Positions 9,687-19,278 are shown, counted from the first letter of the stretch. The stretch: 57,099 nucleotides of DNA from a virus (IMGVR_UViG_3300030376_003949:1-57099); one strand, 5' to 3'. Program-made: numbers and translations. Notes: generated by a model not told the origin, from the sequence alone.

Positions 9687-10016
9687 TTAGTCAACCCCTC
9701 GTTGTGCTGTTACATCAAGTGTCTTGATCATAGCATCCATGCACTCAGCAAGGTCTTTATACCCAAAAGCATTGGACAGGGCATTGATCCTAGATTTCAT
9801 GTCTGCTGCTTCCCTGTCCTCTGATGCAGCAAGGCATAGTCTACCATAAAAAGTCTTTTGTTTATCGATCAAGTTTTTACAATCTTCAATATGATCTAGT
9901 CTCTCTTCTCTACTCATCGTAGAAAGTTGTGCTGTCATCGCTGCAACTTCTTGATAAGTGTTGAAGATATCTTGTAGATTGTTTTGTACTTGGTCTGAAT
10001 TAAAAAATTTACTCAT
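9687..10016 (-). CDS. Conserved cyanophage/cyanobacterial protein (DUF1825-like)
   Basis: FF.S..V......IF..YQE...Q..FY.RL.L pattern. Confidence 0.65.
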   Translation of the reverse strand: MSKFFNSDQVQNNLQDIFNTYQEVAAMTAQLSTMSREERLDHIEDCKNLIDKQKTFYGRLCLAASEDREAADMKSRINALSNAFGYKDLAECMDAMIKTLDVTAQRGVD

Positions 10017-10017
10017 T

Positions 10018-10269
10018 TTACAATGGTAGAACTCCTTTGGATCGTTTCTTCATGTAGTTTAAACGCTCTGCTTCATGTCGCAAGCGTTCTTTAAGGGGTT
10101 TGGACATTAGTTTGGGAACAGTTTCAATCTCAATTTCATTCTCTTGACAGTACGTTACTACTGCTTCAATGTATGAAATGAGACCGCTACTACGCTTTAC
10201 CAATCGCTCAATTTCTTGAGAGAATTTGGTGGGCGTTAAAAACTTGTCCTCAACTTCTTTATCAGGCAT
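10018..10269 (-). CDS. gp33: Late-transcription coactivator gp33
   Basis: FS.EIE.LV....YIEAV..YC.EN.IE.E.V.KL.SKPLKE; likely start MPDK at 10269. Confidence 0.88.
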   Translation of the reverse strand: MPDKEVEDKFLTPTKFSQEIERLVKRSSGLISYIEAVVTYCQENEIEIETVPKLMSKPLKERLRHEAERLNYMKKRSKGVLPL

Positions 10270-10945
10270 TCGCTCTTCCCCTAACAAATTCTTCAATATA
10301 GGATTTGAGTAATTGTAAATAGTCATCAAGATTGTACTTCTGAAATACTTGAACAGATCCCTCTTCAGTGGCGATAAGTGTGACAATTTTCTGCACCTCT
10401 AAACCTGAACGTTCGAGGAACATTGCTGCGTACGCAGTTTCTTGAACAAAATAATGTTCAACCCAATCTTCCTTCTTTTCTTTTGTTGAAGTTTTGAAAT
10501 CGATTACTGCCAACTCACCATCAAACTCAGCGATGCAGTCTACACGACCAGCAAGACCAAGGTAATGAGAGTATAGAAAAGTCTCTAAACAATGAATGTT
10601 ATTGATACGATCTAACGTAGGCTTTGCTATGTGAAACATTCTAACAGATAATGGATTATTTTCCAAGTATTTGTCTGTATCTAATTCACCGTTGAAATAA
10701 TCTTCAGTAATAGAATGGAATGCTGTACCTCTTTGGGTTGCTCTGGCAGTAATTCTGTTCGCTTCCGTTTCACCAATTCGCTTTCTCCATTTTGAGAAGA
10801 AAGCAGCGTTCTTAAACGATGTGATGGAAGTTACACTCGGATAATATTTATCCGCACCAGGAATAGGGTAGAATCTAGTACCATTACGGTCAATAGCATC
10901 AACCTCAACATGTTCTTTGAGGTCGGTATCAATAAATTTAAACAT
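10262..10945 (-). CDS. PD-(D/E)XK exonuclease (Cas4/lambda-exo-like)
   Basis: YPSVT, RGT.FH, E..L, AGRVDCIAE, IDFKTS, Q..AYA. Confidence 0.88.
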   Translation of the reverse strand: MFKFIDTDLKEHVEVDAIDRNGTRFYPIPGADKYYPSVTSITSFKNAAFFSKWRKRIGETEANRITARATQRGTAFHSITEDYFNGELDTDKYLENNPLSVRMFHIAKPTLDRINNIHCLETFLYSHYLGLAGRVDCIAEFDGELAVIDFKTSTKEKKEDWVEHYFVQETAYAAMFLERSGLEVQKIVTLIATEEGSVQVFQKYNLDDYLQLLKSYIEEFVRGRANA

Positions 10946-11715
10946 TAAAAACCTAGATTATACTTAGTGACAAGATAAGATTTGACCAGTCCAGACCTCA
11001 CGATGTCATCAATACCAAACTCAACGCAAGTAAACTCACGCATTTGCTGAAGGATATTAATGAAGTTTGAGATACCAGACTTCTCATACTCTCTAGTGAG
11101 ATCGGTTTGAGTGATGTCACCACAGAACATAATCTTAGAATCTTGACCAACTCTTGTTATTATACTATCAAGTTCATGATAATTCAAGTTACTGAATTCA
11201 TCAACTATAACAATAGCATTATCGAGAGTAACACCACGAATGAAACTTGTAGACCAGAAACTTATTGTTTCTTGAGCACGAAGATTTTCATAGAGCATCT
11301 GAAAAGAGTTATCATCAGGCATACTGAACATAAATCTCACCATATTTTTATATGGTATCTGATATAGTGCAGACTTGTCTTCATGGTCACCAGGTAGGAA
11401 ACCAATCTCTCTAGTAGGTACTAGAGACCTGACAATGTATATCTTATCATAAGGTGTGCTCTCGTCAAGTACTTCTTTCAAAGCAAGATACAATGTAATA
11501 AAAGTCTTACCTGTACCTGCAGCACCATGTAACAGAAGGTTCTGTCCTTCTGCATACTTTTCAAACACTAACTCCTGATTAGGAGTCAATGGATTGACAG
11601 GAACCATGTAAGATGAATCAATAGGTTTCTTTCTCTTCATCATCTTCTTTGACATTGGTTGGAGTGGTGCAGTACCATTGCCATTACCGTTGGATTTCTT
11701 TCTTGCTCTTGGCAT
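10945..11715 (-). CDS. phoH: PhoH-family ATPase
   Basis: GAAGTGKT, REIGFLPGD, FIRGVT, DEF.N, GD..Q.D, IVRSGLV. Confidence 0.95.
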   Translation of the reverse strand: MPRARKKSNGNGNGTAPLQPMSKKMMKRKKPIDSSYMVPVNPLTPNQELVFEKYAEGQNLLLHGAAGTGKTFITLYLALKEVLDESTPYDKIYIVRSLVPTREIGFLPGDHEDKSALYQIPYKNMVRFMFSMPDDNSFQMLYENLRAQETISFWSTSFIRGVTLDNAIVIVDEFSNLNYHELDSIITRVGQDSKIMFCGDITQTDLTREYEKSGISNFINILQQMREFTCVEFGIDDIVRSGLVKSYLVTKYNLGF

Positions 11716-11945
11716 TATGTAAAACGACTCAAGTTTGATCGAGGGTGTGCTGCTTGGACTTTGGACATGACTTCTTTGAAACCATCATCAGCTTTAGGTT
11801 TGCCATACATATGACCACCTATACCTGCACTCCAATCTTTATCCCAATCGGGATTGTCTTTACGCCACTGATCATAATTACTCATTGACATGGAGAGTTC
11901 TTTTTTCTCTCCAGTAGTTTTATTTAGAACAGGGTAGGTGGGCAT
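11715..11945 (-). CDS. Conserved cyanophage small protein (MPTYPV.., FmdB-like)
   Basis: ORF track; translationally coupled to phoH. Confidence 0.7.
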   Translation of the reverse strand: MPTYPVLNKTTGEKKELSMSMSNYDQWRKDNPDWDKDWSAGIGGHMYGKPKADDGFKEVMSKVQAAHPRSNLSRFT

Positions 11946-12089
11946 TCAAGTTTCCTCCTTTTTGTGTTTTTCTTCTTGTTTAATACGCCATCTAAATTGT
12001 TTGGCATATTTAACTTCCTCCTCAGTATACCAGTCTGGGTGTTTTTTTGCAAGTTTTATAATCTTCTTTGCTGCTTTCTTATCCTTCAA
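11946..12089 (-). CDS. Small basic protein (47 aa, TTG start)
   Basis: Hand translation MKDKKAAKKIIKLAKKHPDWYTEEEVKYAK... Confidence 0.6.
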   Translation of the reverse strand: MKDKKAAKKIIKLAKKHPDWYTEEEVKYAKQFRWRIKQEEKHKKEET

Positions 12090-12125
12090 AATTAACTAGG
12101 CATTTGTACTAGGAAACTATTTAGA

Positions 12126-12836
12126 TCACTCAATCCTCAAACATGGTTGTATATCTTCCCAATTAGTATAGCGACAAGGACATTCATCATCTTCCTCAGG
12201 ACACCACCCAAGTGCCTCAGCAATGATTGGGAACTGACAGGTGAAATGATCTTTAACAAGGAGTGCAATCTCTCTGTGCTCCTTCTGGGTGCCATTGGAA
12301 GAACGTAGTTCGATATAATGAATCCAGTTGCGAAGATTACCAGTCATATACATCTTTGTTGGTACGGCAAGAGGCAATACATTTCTTGCACATTCTTTTG
12401 CAATACCTGAAGCAAGCATTTCTTTGTAGAGGTTCATCCCATCTACAAAATGCCTTTGCATTTTTAATTCGTAGTCCTGTCTGACAAATGGATCTATATC
12501 ATCAATACTATTCTGTCTATTCTTATCATCTTGACGACGTAGTTGTGGTAGAGGAATGCTATCTGCAAGTAGAGAAGAGTCAGCATATCTCTGTGAAAAT
12601 TCTTGAAATGTAAACGACCTATGCCTCAGCACTTGAGCAGCGATAGCACGAGTAGTATGAATCTCCAAAGTCATTGATGCTTGCTCAAACACAGACCAAT
12701 GACCGTGCTTAATACAATACTTCAACAGTCCTGAAACCTTTGGGTTCTCTTGATTGTTAGGATTACTCACACGAGCAATGTATCCAATGGTCTTCTCTGC
12801 ATCAGGAGTAACAGAGATTAAACATACTTGAGTCAT
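12126..12836 (-). CDS. thyX: Flavin-dependent thymidylate synthase
   Basis: H.SVFE, RHRSFTFQEFSQRY, KECAR.VLP, TQ.EHR; start at MTQVC (12836). Confidence 0.95.
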   Translation of the reverse strand: MTQVCLISVTPDAEKTIGYIARVSNPNNQENPKVSGLLKYCIKHGHWSVFEQASMTLEIHTTRAIAAQVLRHRSFTFQEFSQRYADSSLLADSIPLPQLRRQDDKNRQNSIDDIDPFVRQDYELKMQRHFVDGMNLYKEMLASGIAKECARNVLPLAVPTKMYMTGNLRNWIHYIELRSSNGTQKEHREIALLVKDHFTCQFPIIAEALGWCPEEDDECPCRYTNWEDIQPCLRIE

Positions 12837-13108
12837 GAATTCCTTAATAATATACGAAAAACTACATACAATCCCATTGCAGACCAATATCCTAGGGTTG
12901 CTAATCCGAAGAGACCTGGTATGCAAGCATTCCATACTAGCATAAGAGCTAGAGGTGATAGAAATAAATTTCCAATTGCATTGACAACTTCCTTACCCTT
13001 CTCTTCATCTCTTTCTTTTTTTGCCTTCTTATCTAGTTCTTCCTGTTTTATTTCTTCTTCTTCCTTTTTTTGTTCCTCTAAGGCACGTTTGTCAAAGTAT
13101 ATTGTCAC
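12833..13108 (-). CDS. Hypothetical membrane protein
   Basis: Charged N-terminus and two hydrophobic segments; GTG start overlapping the upstream stop. Confidence 0.65.
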   Translation of the reverse strand: MTIYFDKRALEEQKKEEEEIKQEELDKKAKKERDEEKGKEVVNAIGNLFLSPLALMLVWNACIPGLFGLATLGYWSAMGLYVVFRILLRNS

Positions 13109-13380
13109 TTTTTCCTGCCTTTCTTTGGAGGTTTTGGTTGGTTTGGATCGTTCCATAATTTAGGGTTACTTCTACCTTCTGATTGTGTAAATTTTACAAA
13201 GTTCTTTTTATAAAGATCATAATAATAATCAAAAAGATCTGCTTCCTTTCCTGTAAGTGCGATGTCAAAACATGATACACCATCTACCTTATACTCAACC
13301 AAATAGGCAGAATAAGGTAGAGACTTATCCGTTGCATCTTCAGCATTACATTTTTCTTTATAAACTTTTACTCCTTTCAA
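13105..13380 (-). CDS. Conserved hypothetical protein
   Basis: ORF track; coupled overlaps on both sides. Confidence 0.7.
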   Translation of the reverse strand: MKGVKVYKEKCNAEDATDKSLPYSAYLVEYKVDGVSCFDIALTGKEADLFDYYYDLYKKNFVKFTQSEGRSNPKLWNDPNQPKPPKKGRKK

Positions 13381-13841
13381 CCTCTACCTCCCCACTCGAT
13401 CTGAGGGAATGCTTCTGATACCATTGCTCTAGTGATACGCTTATACTTTTTGTTTAATCCACCATCCTTGGCAAGCACTACAAGTTCTGCTTCTTCCTGA
13501 TGAAGTCCCTCCAAGAGTTGAACAAACATAGTTTCTCTCTTCAAACCTTTTAGTCTAGGTTCTCCACCTTTAAAGAATCTATAAAGACCACGATACTCTT
13601 GCTCAAGGCGAGAGTGATCTGTTCCTATAGGTGCATCGTTAGGAGTGAATGGTACGTCACCCTCTGGCATCACTGATTCAATACTCTCATCAAAATTGAT
13701 GATTAGCAACTGCCTGAGAGCATTGCTATTATGTTTACGAAGAAGATCTACTTTCTCCTTCTTTGTTTTTGCATTAGAGACCTTTCTCAAAATCTCACTG
13801 AGTAGTAACCTTGGGTTACTGTTGTCCATATTACGTGGCAT
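13377..13841 (-). CDS. Conserved T4-like cyanophage protein
   Basis: LLSEIL.KV...K.EK...L; KRETMFVQLLEGLH..EA. Confidence 0.8.
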   Translation of the reverse strand: MPRNMDNSNPRLLLSEILRKVSNAKTKKEKVDLLRKHNSNALRQLLIINFDESIESVMPEGDVPFTPNDAPIGTDHSRLEQEYRGLYRFFKGGEPRLKGLKRETMFVQLLEGLHQEEAELVVLAKDGGLNKKYKRITRAMVSEAFPQIEWGGRG

Positions 13842-13857
13842 AATTTAATTCCTGTGT

Positions 13858-14103
13858 TTAGTCTTCTTCCTCATCTGCATCCTCAAACTTCCAGTATGGA
13901 TTTGTTGGTCTGATGTAGATAAGTTCATCATGTAACATGTTACCATCTTCATCAAACATTTCAGGATGTACAACCGATTTAGAATATGCTGCATTTTCTA
14001 TGTAGTCTTCTACATATCCTTTTGCCAACCAAGAAACAGTTACCCCAAGGATAAATGCTCCTATAACAAATAACACAATCAATGCAATAATGATTGGTTC
14101 CAT
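13858..14103 (-). CDS. Conserved membrane-anchored hypothetical protein
   Basis: N-terminal TM; HPEMFDEDG motif. Confidence 0.75.
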   Translation of the reverse strand: MEPIIIALIVLFVIGAFILGVTVSWLAKGYVEDYIENAAYSKSVVHPEMFDEDGNMLHDELIYIRPTNPYWKFEDADEEED

Positions 14104-14135
14104 AGGGTTTCTCCGCAGCTATTTTTATTTAGTGT

Positions 14136-14372
14136 TTATATCAAGTTGTTCTCTCTCAAATATAGAACAGTCTCTGTACAACCCCCAAGAATCTTACCAT
14201 CTAAGATGACTTGAGGAAATGTACTACCAGCACCAAACTGTTCGTAGAAACCTGGTCTATCGAAGTGTGTATCTAAACGATACTCACTAAACTTATACCC
14301 CTTACCAGCAATAACTGCTTTAACCTTTGAGCAGTAGGGACAACCATTACGAGTGTATACAGAAAAATTCAT
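14136..14372 (-). CDS. nrdC: Glutaredoxin
   Basis: CPYC, TFPQV, GGC. Confidence 0.95.
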   Translation of the reverse strand: MNFSVYTRNGCPYCSKVKAVIAGKGYKFSEYRLDTHFDRPGFYEQFGAGSTFPQVILDGKILGGCTETVLYLRENNLI

Positions 14373-14390
14373 AAGAAATATGTTTTTAAA

Positions 14391-14428
14391 ATTATAGCAT
14401 AAAAAAAGAGGGTGTCAAGCACCCTCTT
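14391..14428 (-). terminator. Terminator hairpin containing TTGACA, followed by TGCTATAAT (promoter for nrdC)
   Basis: AGAGGGTG-CTTGA-CACCCTCT-T6-ATGCTATAAT; 16-bp spacer. Confidence 0.75.
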
Positions 14429-14474
14429 GTAAGTTCCGATTGTAGAGACCGCACGAACGATGTCTCAATCCTAT

Positions 14475-14870
14475 TTAGAATGTGAACTTAGCACCGATTT
14501 TAGCACCCCAGTTACGGATGGTGTCGCCATCGCTGTCTTCGCCAGCAGTAGCACCAGAGATCTCAGCATAAGCAGAAAGATCATCAGATAGAGGAGCAGA
14601 AGCACCGATCTTACCAGAGATTTCTGTCTCAGTATCATCAGTTGTTTCTGAATGGTTCAATGAAGGACCACCTTGTACATAGTAAGCAATCTTACCTTCT
14701 GTTCCAACACTTCCTTCGTATCCAAGATGGATATCAGTTGTTGCTGCACTGTAGTCTCCATCAGGATAAGAAAGATTACTTTCTACATTCACGTATGGAC
14801 CAGCAAAAGCTGCACCAGCGAGAAGGAATGGAGATGCTGCTACTGCAGCGATTGTTGATTTAATAGTCAT
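14475..14870 (-). CDS. Small outer-membrane beta-barrel-like protein (host-like)
   Basis: Signal peptide MTIKSTIAAVAASPFLLAGAAFA, alternating beta-strands, C-terminal GAKFTF. Confidence 0.75.
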   Translation of the reverse strand: MTIKSTIAAVAASPFLLAGAAFAGPYVNVESNLSYPDGDYSAATTDIHLGYEGSVGTEGKIAYYVQGGPSLNHSETTDDTETEISGKIGASAPLSDDLSAYAEISGATAGEDSDGDTIRNWGAKIGAKFTF

Positions 14871-14879
14871 GATTGTTTT

Positions 14880-14990
14880 TAAAGTATCTCGCATAGGTAC
14901 TAAAATACCCTGCGGATGGTAGTCTCCCCGACATGGGAGTCTGTATTGCATCTACACAGGGTTACGATAGTTTCGAGTCCTTTGTATCAG
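14880..14990 (-). ncRNA. Candidate structured 5' leader RNA
   Basis: Nested stems ACCCTGTG/CGCAGGGT, GATG/CATC, CTCCC/GGGAG downstream of TATAAATA (14994-15001). Confidence 0.5.
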
Positions 14991-15023
14991 TATTATTTAT
15001 AATAACATAACTTTACATTAATG

Positions 15024-15260
15024 TCAAGAGGGGTTCGGATTATTCAACCTCTGCTCCTTTAAACGCTCGTGAGATTTCCTTCTTGATTCTAAAAGCATGT
15101 TAGCAACTCTTGCACGAGACTGTTGATCTTGTTCAGGATCAAGATAATCTATAAGAACATCCATAGGATCTACAATTGCTTCGAACTCAGCATCTCCATC
15201 ACCAAGAATCTCTTTCAACTCTTTAGGTAAATTTTCGTTTTTAATTTTTGGTAATTCCAT
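15024..15260 (-). CDS. Hypothetical protein
   Basis: ORF track; coupled to the upstream gene. Confidence 0.7.
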   Translation of the reverse strand: MELPKIKNENLPKELKEILGDGDAEFEAIVDPMDVLIDYLDPEQDQQSRARVANMLLESRRKSHERLKEQRLNNPNPS

Positions 15261-18200
15261 TAGGTAACCTCCTTGTATGAATACCCTGTAGCATCTCTAG
15301 TAGTCCAGATCAAGTTACCTCCCTTTATAAAAGGTCTTAAATCTAGAGACGAAGCTATTATAGCATTAGTGGCAACCCCTTGGTTAAGGGTTCCAATATC
15401 TATGTAAGCAGTACAACGTTGAGGATAGACAACAGATACTATATCTCCAAGGTCTGCTTCATTTCCTAATGGATTATTTGCATACGCAGTGAAGATTGCA
15501 AATTTAAGCGTATTAAAACGAGTTTCGTCAACAGGACCAGTCAATGATCCACCACTATTAAGATAAAACTCAACCCAATGAGTCATACCACTCTCATCGG
15601 GTGCTCTGCCTCTGTTTGGGAACGTACCTGTGCGTCCAAATCTACCACTGGTATACTCTGCAGCGATTGCTCTGACAATAGGATAAAAATACACTGTAGT
15701 ATCTGAAGCATTCTCAAATCCCAAATCATTATACTCAGTAAATGAACCTGTACGATTGATCTGTACATTTCTCATGAATGACATGTAAGTATTACTACCA
15801 CTATTATCATTCAAGCAAAGTCTTTGTCCATCGTTGTCAGTTCGTATATTATCTGTATAAAAAGAACTACTTGAATATGTTCTACCTTGTGCTCCACCAC
15901 CATCTACTTCAATAGTTTTAGTAGTAGTAACAGCAGATGTAGTCTGAACAAATGATTCTCCACCAATGTAGTAAGAAACTTGAGATGTACTACCATTAAC
16001 TCTAATAGTTGCAGTTTGACTACCAGATGTGGTAGGAGTCTGAGTAAATGCTTGACCTAAGAGTAATAAACTACCAACTGATCGTCCAGATACACTTACT
16101 TGGTCATTCCATGCAAAATCAAATACAACATCAGCAGATCCTGCTCCAGTTATATCGATACCAGTTCCATCAGAACTAAACGTAACACCTACATTTGAAC
16201 CACCTATCTGAGTAATACTTGAAATAGTAAGACTAGCATTTTCATCAAACCCACCACCAATATCATCGTCCCACATAATCTTAGTAGGAGATGCTATTTG
16301 ATACCCAGAATCAGATGAATTACCTGTGATTGACCAGTCAACACCAGTAGCAGTAGCAGCAACAGATGTAAAGGTCAATGGAACTTCTCCAAAACCTTCT
16401 CCTGTTACTAACAAATCACCATTATTTTTAAACCTAGCTGCAATATTAGATGCACTTGCTTGAGGAGTTAGAGTCCATCCTATACCTGCAGGATTCCTAG
16501 TCCAATCATCACTGTCTTGCATCTGCGTTTGATTCTCACAAGTAACTGTGATTACATGAGGACCAGCAGTAAGATTACTGATAGTATATGTTGCTGAACT
16601 TGGAGCATTATATGTAGAACTTACAATCTGTGTTCCATCTAATGAGATAGTTCCAGCATCATCCACAGCATATTCCAAAGTATAATTACCTGGAAAAGGA
16701 ACGTTAATATTATAAGATGTTGTATGAACAGTTCCCTTCAATACATTATTGTTAGATGGATAGACCAGATATGTATCCGCAAAATCTCCCCAAGAACTAT
16801 GAGGACCAGACGGAACCCATTCAACAGTTGATGGTGTAACACAACTAGAACCTCTACAGATTTTCAAATACCATCCACCAGGATTTCTATCCCATCTGAA
16901 TGCATCTCCTACTGGGTCACCATCAGCATCTACAAATCCACCATCATCATTAGTACACCTAACAACCATCTTTAATTCTCCAGCAGTCAAGGTTTGTTGT
17001 ACTGAATATGGAGTGCTTAATGCACCACTCTCAAAGATACCACCATCTCCTGTAATGATAGGTGTGCTACTATCGTTTAAAAATACCTGCCAATTATAAT
17101 CAGCACCACCAGTGAATGTATATGTATCATCTGCTGGTATATCGATTAGATAAGTTACTTCTTGAGTTGCAGTAGGTAAAGTACAAACTTCTGGGTTAAC
17201 CCAAACTGCATATTCATTTCCTTCCTCAGACCAATACCCATTTACATTAGTAACTTGAGGTTCTGGTTCAAATCTAACAATTGATAAGGTTGCATTCCAA
17301 TCTTGTCCATCAAGATCATAAAAACCTATATCTTTATTCTGCACTTCCTTTCCACCATATCCTGTACCAGGATTAATTGTTATTGGATAATCAACTCCAT
17401 TATTAACCGTAAGTATACCATCAGTCTCTCCACTTCTTCCTGTCTGATTGAATGTAACACCATCAACAACGACAGAACTCAAAGCAGTTCCAGCAGTATT
17501 AGGATTGTCATTCCATTTAAATTTAAGTCCAACAAGACCAGCAGCATCACCAGTTACCCTAAGTTTTAAATCACCACCATCTATAACTCTATTCTTAACA
17601 CGTGTCTCTACAGTATAGACACCTGCAGCCAATGTTAATGAAATAGTTTCTTCTCCCCAACCAGCAGTAGGGTTATAGTATATCTCTCTATCAAGAATAT
17701 CGATAGCAGCAGAGTTTGTAATCTTAATGTAACCATCGTTGTCAGACTCTATCCTTATATTATATGTGCCAGAGGTAGCAAAACTAACAGTAGTAGTATG
17801 TGACTGCCACACTCCTATGTAAGGATCTTCCTCTGTATCTAAAGGTACTGCTGGATAGATACCATAGTCAATCATGTGTTGTGTCCAACCACTACCAGGA
17901 TTATTTGATGCACCTACCTGTACCCAACCACCTCTTTTGAGAGCAGAGTTAGTAATTTGTGTATTAGTAGAGTCTGTAATACGCCATGCTAGTGTTGCTG
18001 GATTGGTATACCAAAGGTTATCTACATTAACCATTACAAAATCAGCACCAACATTTCCAGTTTCAATAGTTGATACACCACTTCTTACAGGGAAAGTTGG
18101 TGGTGAAGATCTTTCTGTTAGAATTTTCTCTACAAAAGTTCCATCAGGTCGATACATCTTCAAAGGAATTATATTAATGTCTGGTTCAAAGGGAGCACAA

Positions 18201-18622
18201 TCATAAGGATTCATCTTTATAGGTTCAAAGTCATCATCTAATCCCCAAGGATCTGTTGATCCACCTAACCAATCATACTCAGGTTCTATTAAAGGATAAC
18301 CAACTGGTGGTCCAATCGGTGTTAAAAAATCATCTACACAATCATAATATTCTTTCGTTCCATCAGCAAGAGTTCTAACTCTACATCTTCTAGTAGTAAT
18401 TGCAGGAACACCACCACCTGTTATACGTTCTATATCACCATAATCCACAGGACCATAAGTTGTTTGTCTACCATCACCCAGTGGAACACACCGACCATCA
18501 ACACAAATATATCCTGGAGGACAGTCAGCATCTGTAGAGCACCCACGTTTAACTACATCATCAGTGATGTAATCACATACTGGACCCATCGGTCCTTCTG
18601 GATAATAATATGCAATTGCCAT
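15260..18622 (-). CDS. Large virion structural protein with PA14-like beta-sandwich repeats and an N-terminal Cys-rich module
   Basis: 1120 aa; repeated G.Y......Dd.G.i, W.RNP.G..W, F.WND; CSTDADCPPGYICVDGRC; late promoter ATAAATA at 18648-18654. Confidence 0.7.
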   Translation of the reverse strand: MAIAYYYPEGPMGPVCDYITDDVVKRGCSTDADCPPGYICVDGRCVPLGDGRQTTYGPVDYGDIERITGGGVPAITTRRCRVRTLADGTKEYYDCVDDFLTPIGPPVGYPLIEPEYDWLGGSTDPWGLDDDFEPIKMNPYDCAPFEPDINIIPLKMYRPDGTFVEKILTERSSPPTFPVRSGVSTIETGNVGADFVMVNVDNLWYTNPATLAWRITDSTNTQITNSALKRGGWVQVGASNNPGSGWTQHMIDYGIYPAVPLDTEEDPYIGVWQSHTTTVSFATSGTYNIRIESDNDGYIKITNSAAIDILDREIYYNPTAGWGEETISLTLAAGVYTVETRVKNRVIDGGDLKLRVTGDAAGLVGLKFKWNDNPNTAGTALSSVVVDGVTFNQTGRSGETDGILTVNNGVDYPITINPGTGYGGKEVQNKDIGFYDLDGQDWNATLSIVRFEPEPQVTNVNGYWSEEGNEYAVWVNPEVCTLPTATQEVTYLIDIPADDTYTFTGGADYNWQVFLNDSSTPIITGDGGIFESGALSTPYSVQQTLTAGELKMVVRCTNDDGGFVDADGDPVGDAFRWDRNPGGWYLKICRGSSCVTPSTVEWVPSGPHSSWGDFADTYLVYPSNNNVLKGTVHTTSYNINVPFPGNYTLEYAVDDAGTISLDGTQIVSSTYNAPSSATYTISNLTAGPHVITVTCENQTQMQDSDDWTRNPAGIGWTLTPQASASNIAARFKNNGDLLVTGEGFGEVPLTFTSVAATATGVDWSITGNSSDSGYQIASPTKIMWDDDIGGGFDENASLTISSITQIGGSNVGVTFSSDGTGIDITGAGSADVVFDFAWNDQVSVSGRSVGSLLLLGQAFTQTPTTSGSQTATIRVNGSTSQVSYYIGGESFVQTTSAVTTTKTIEVDGGGAQGRTYSSSSFYTDNIRTDNDGQRLCLNDNSGSNTYMSFMRNVQINRTGSFTEYNDLGFENASDTTVYFYPIVRAIAAEYTSGRFGRTGTFPNRGRAPDESGMTHWVEFYLNSGGSLTGPVDETRFNTLKFAIFTAYANNPLGNEADLGDIVSVVYPQRCTAYIDIGTLNQGVATNAIIASSLDLRPFIKGGNLIWTTRDATGYSYKEVT

Positions 18623-18623
18623 T

Positions 18624-18654
18624 AAAAAAGAGGGTGCTTACCCTCAGTATTTAT
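18624..18654 (-). terminator. Terminator with an immediately upstream late promoter
   Basis: ATAAATA-ct-GAGGGT-AAGC-ACCCTC-T6. Confidence 0.6.
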
Positions 18655-18950
18655 TCTTGCATCGGACTACCGTTTCGGTATCGTGCATTGACATGAATAG
18701 ATTCGATGAAAGTAACATCTTTCCACTTAGATTCTTTAATTTCATCCATTGCAACTGAAACTTCACATTCCTCTGGTTGATTATGATTCTGAAGCAATCC
18801 TAGAATTCTATTCATGTCAAGTGATGACAATTCTCCTGTACTATCCCACTTCAAAGCAGAAGTGTTTGATATACATGGTTGTCTATCGTTGTGAGTAAAA
18901 TAGTCTCCTGACATAGGTTCTGTGTTGGGTTCCTCATAATAATTTATCAC
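18651..18950 (-). CDS. Hypothetical protein
   Basis: ORF track. Confidence 0.55.
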   Translation of the reverse strand: MINYYEEPNTEPMSGDYFTHNDRQPCISNTSALKWDSTGELSSLDMNRILGLLQNHNQPEECEVSVAMDEIKESKWKDVTFIESIHVNARYRNGSPMQE

Positions 18951-19030
18951 ACTTTCAACACAAAAGAGGTTTTATTTATATTATTTTTAGATTTCCTCAA
19001 TAGAAATAAACATAATGAAATGTTTGCAAT

Positions 19031-19052
19031 AAAAAACCCTCTTAAAGAGGGG
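19031..19052 (-). terminator. Intrinsic terminator closing the manA-like RNA
   Basis: CCCTCT-TTA-AGAGGG-T6. Confidence 0.75.
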
Positions 19053-19244
19053 TGGGAGATTGGGTTTCTGTATTACCAATAAGAGACGGGCATTACTACA
19101 GTAGTAAATTTTACATCTCTGCCTGAGACCCGACTGGTAAGTCGATTCTGCTTTCGCAGCAGCACCACCTGTGTCTCATCACCTTATCCAGCTATATGCC
19201 AGAAAGATTATTCAGTCACTCCCTGTTGGGTTCGTCAACTCAAC
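19053..19244 (-). ncRNA. manA RNA motif-like structured RNA
   Basis: GC-rich non-coding block GGGAGTGACTGAATAA...GGTGATGAGACACAGGTGGTGCTGCTGCGAAAGCAG...GGTCTCAGGC...TCTCCC, recalled as the cyanophage manA motif; has its own promoter and terminator. Confidence 0.75.
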
Positions 19245-19250
19245 AAATAT

Positions 19251-19278
19251 ATTATAGCATAAAGAAATCAGGTGTCAA
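19251..19278 (-). promoter_or_regulatory. Sigma70-type early promoter for the manA-like RNA
   Basis: TTGACA-N16-TATAAT with TG extension. Confidence 0.75.

Noticed and set aside
10262-10945. Cas4-like nuclease as a sign of a CRISPR system
   Set aside because: No repeat-spacer array or other cas genes are visible; this is a core cyanophage exonuclease.
19053-19244. tRNA or tmRNA interpretation of the GC-rich intergenic block
   Set aside because: It has no T-loop or CCA cloverleaf features; I recognised no tRNA genes anywhere in the window.
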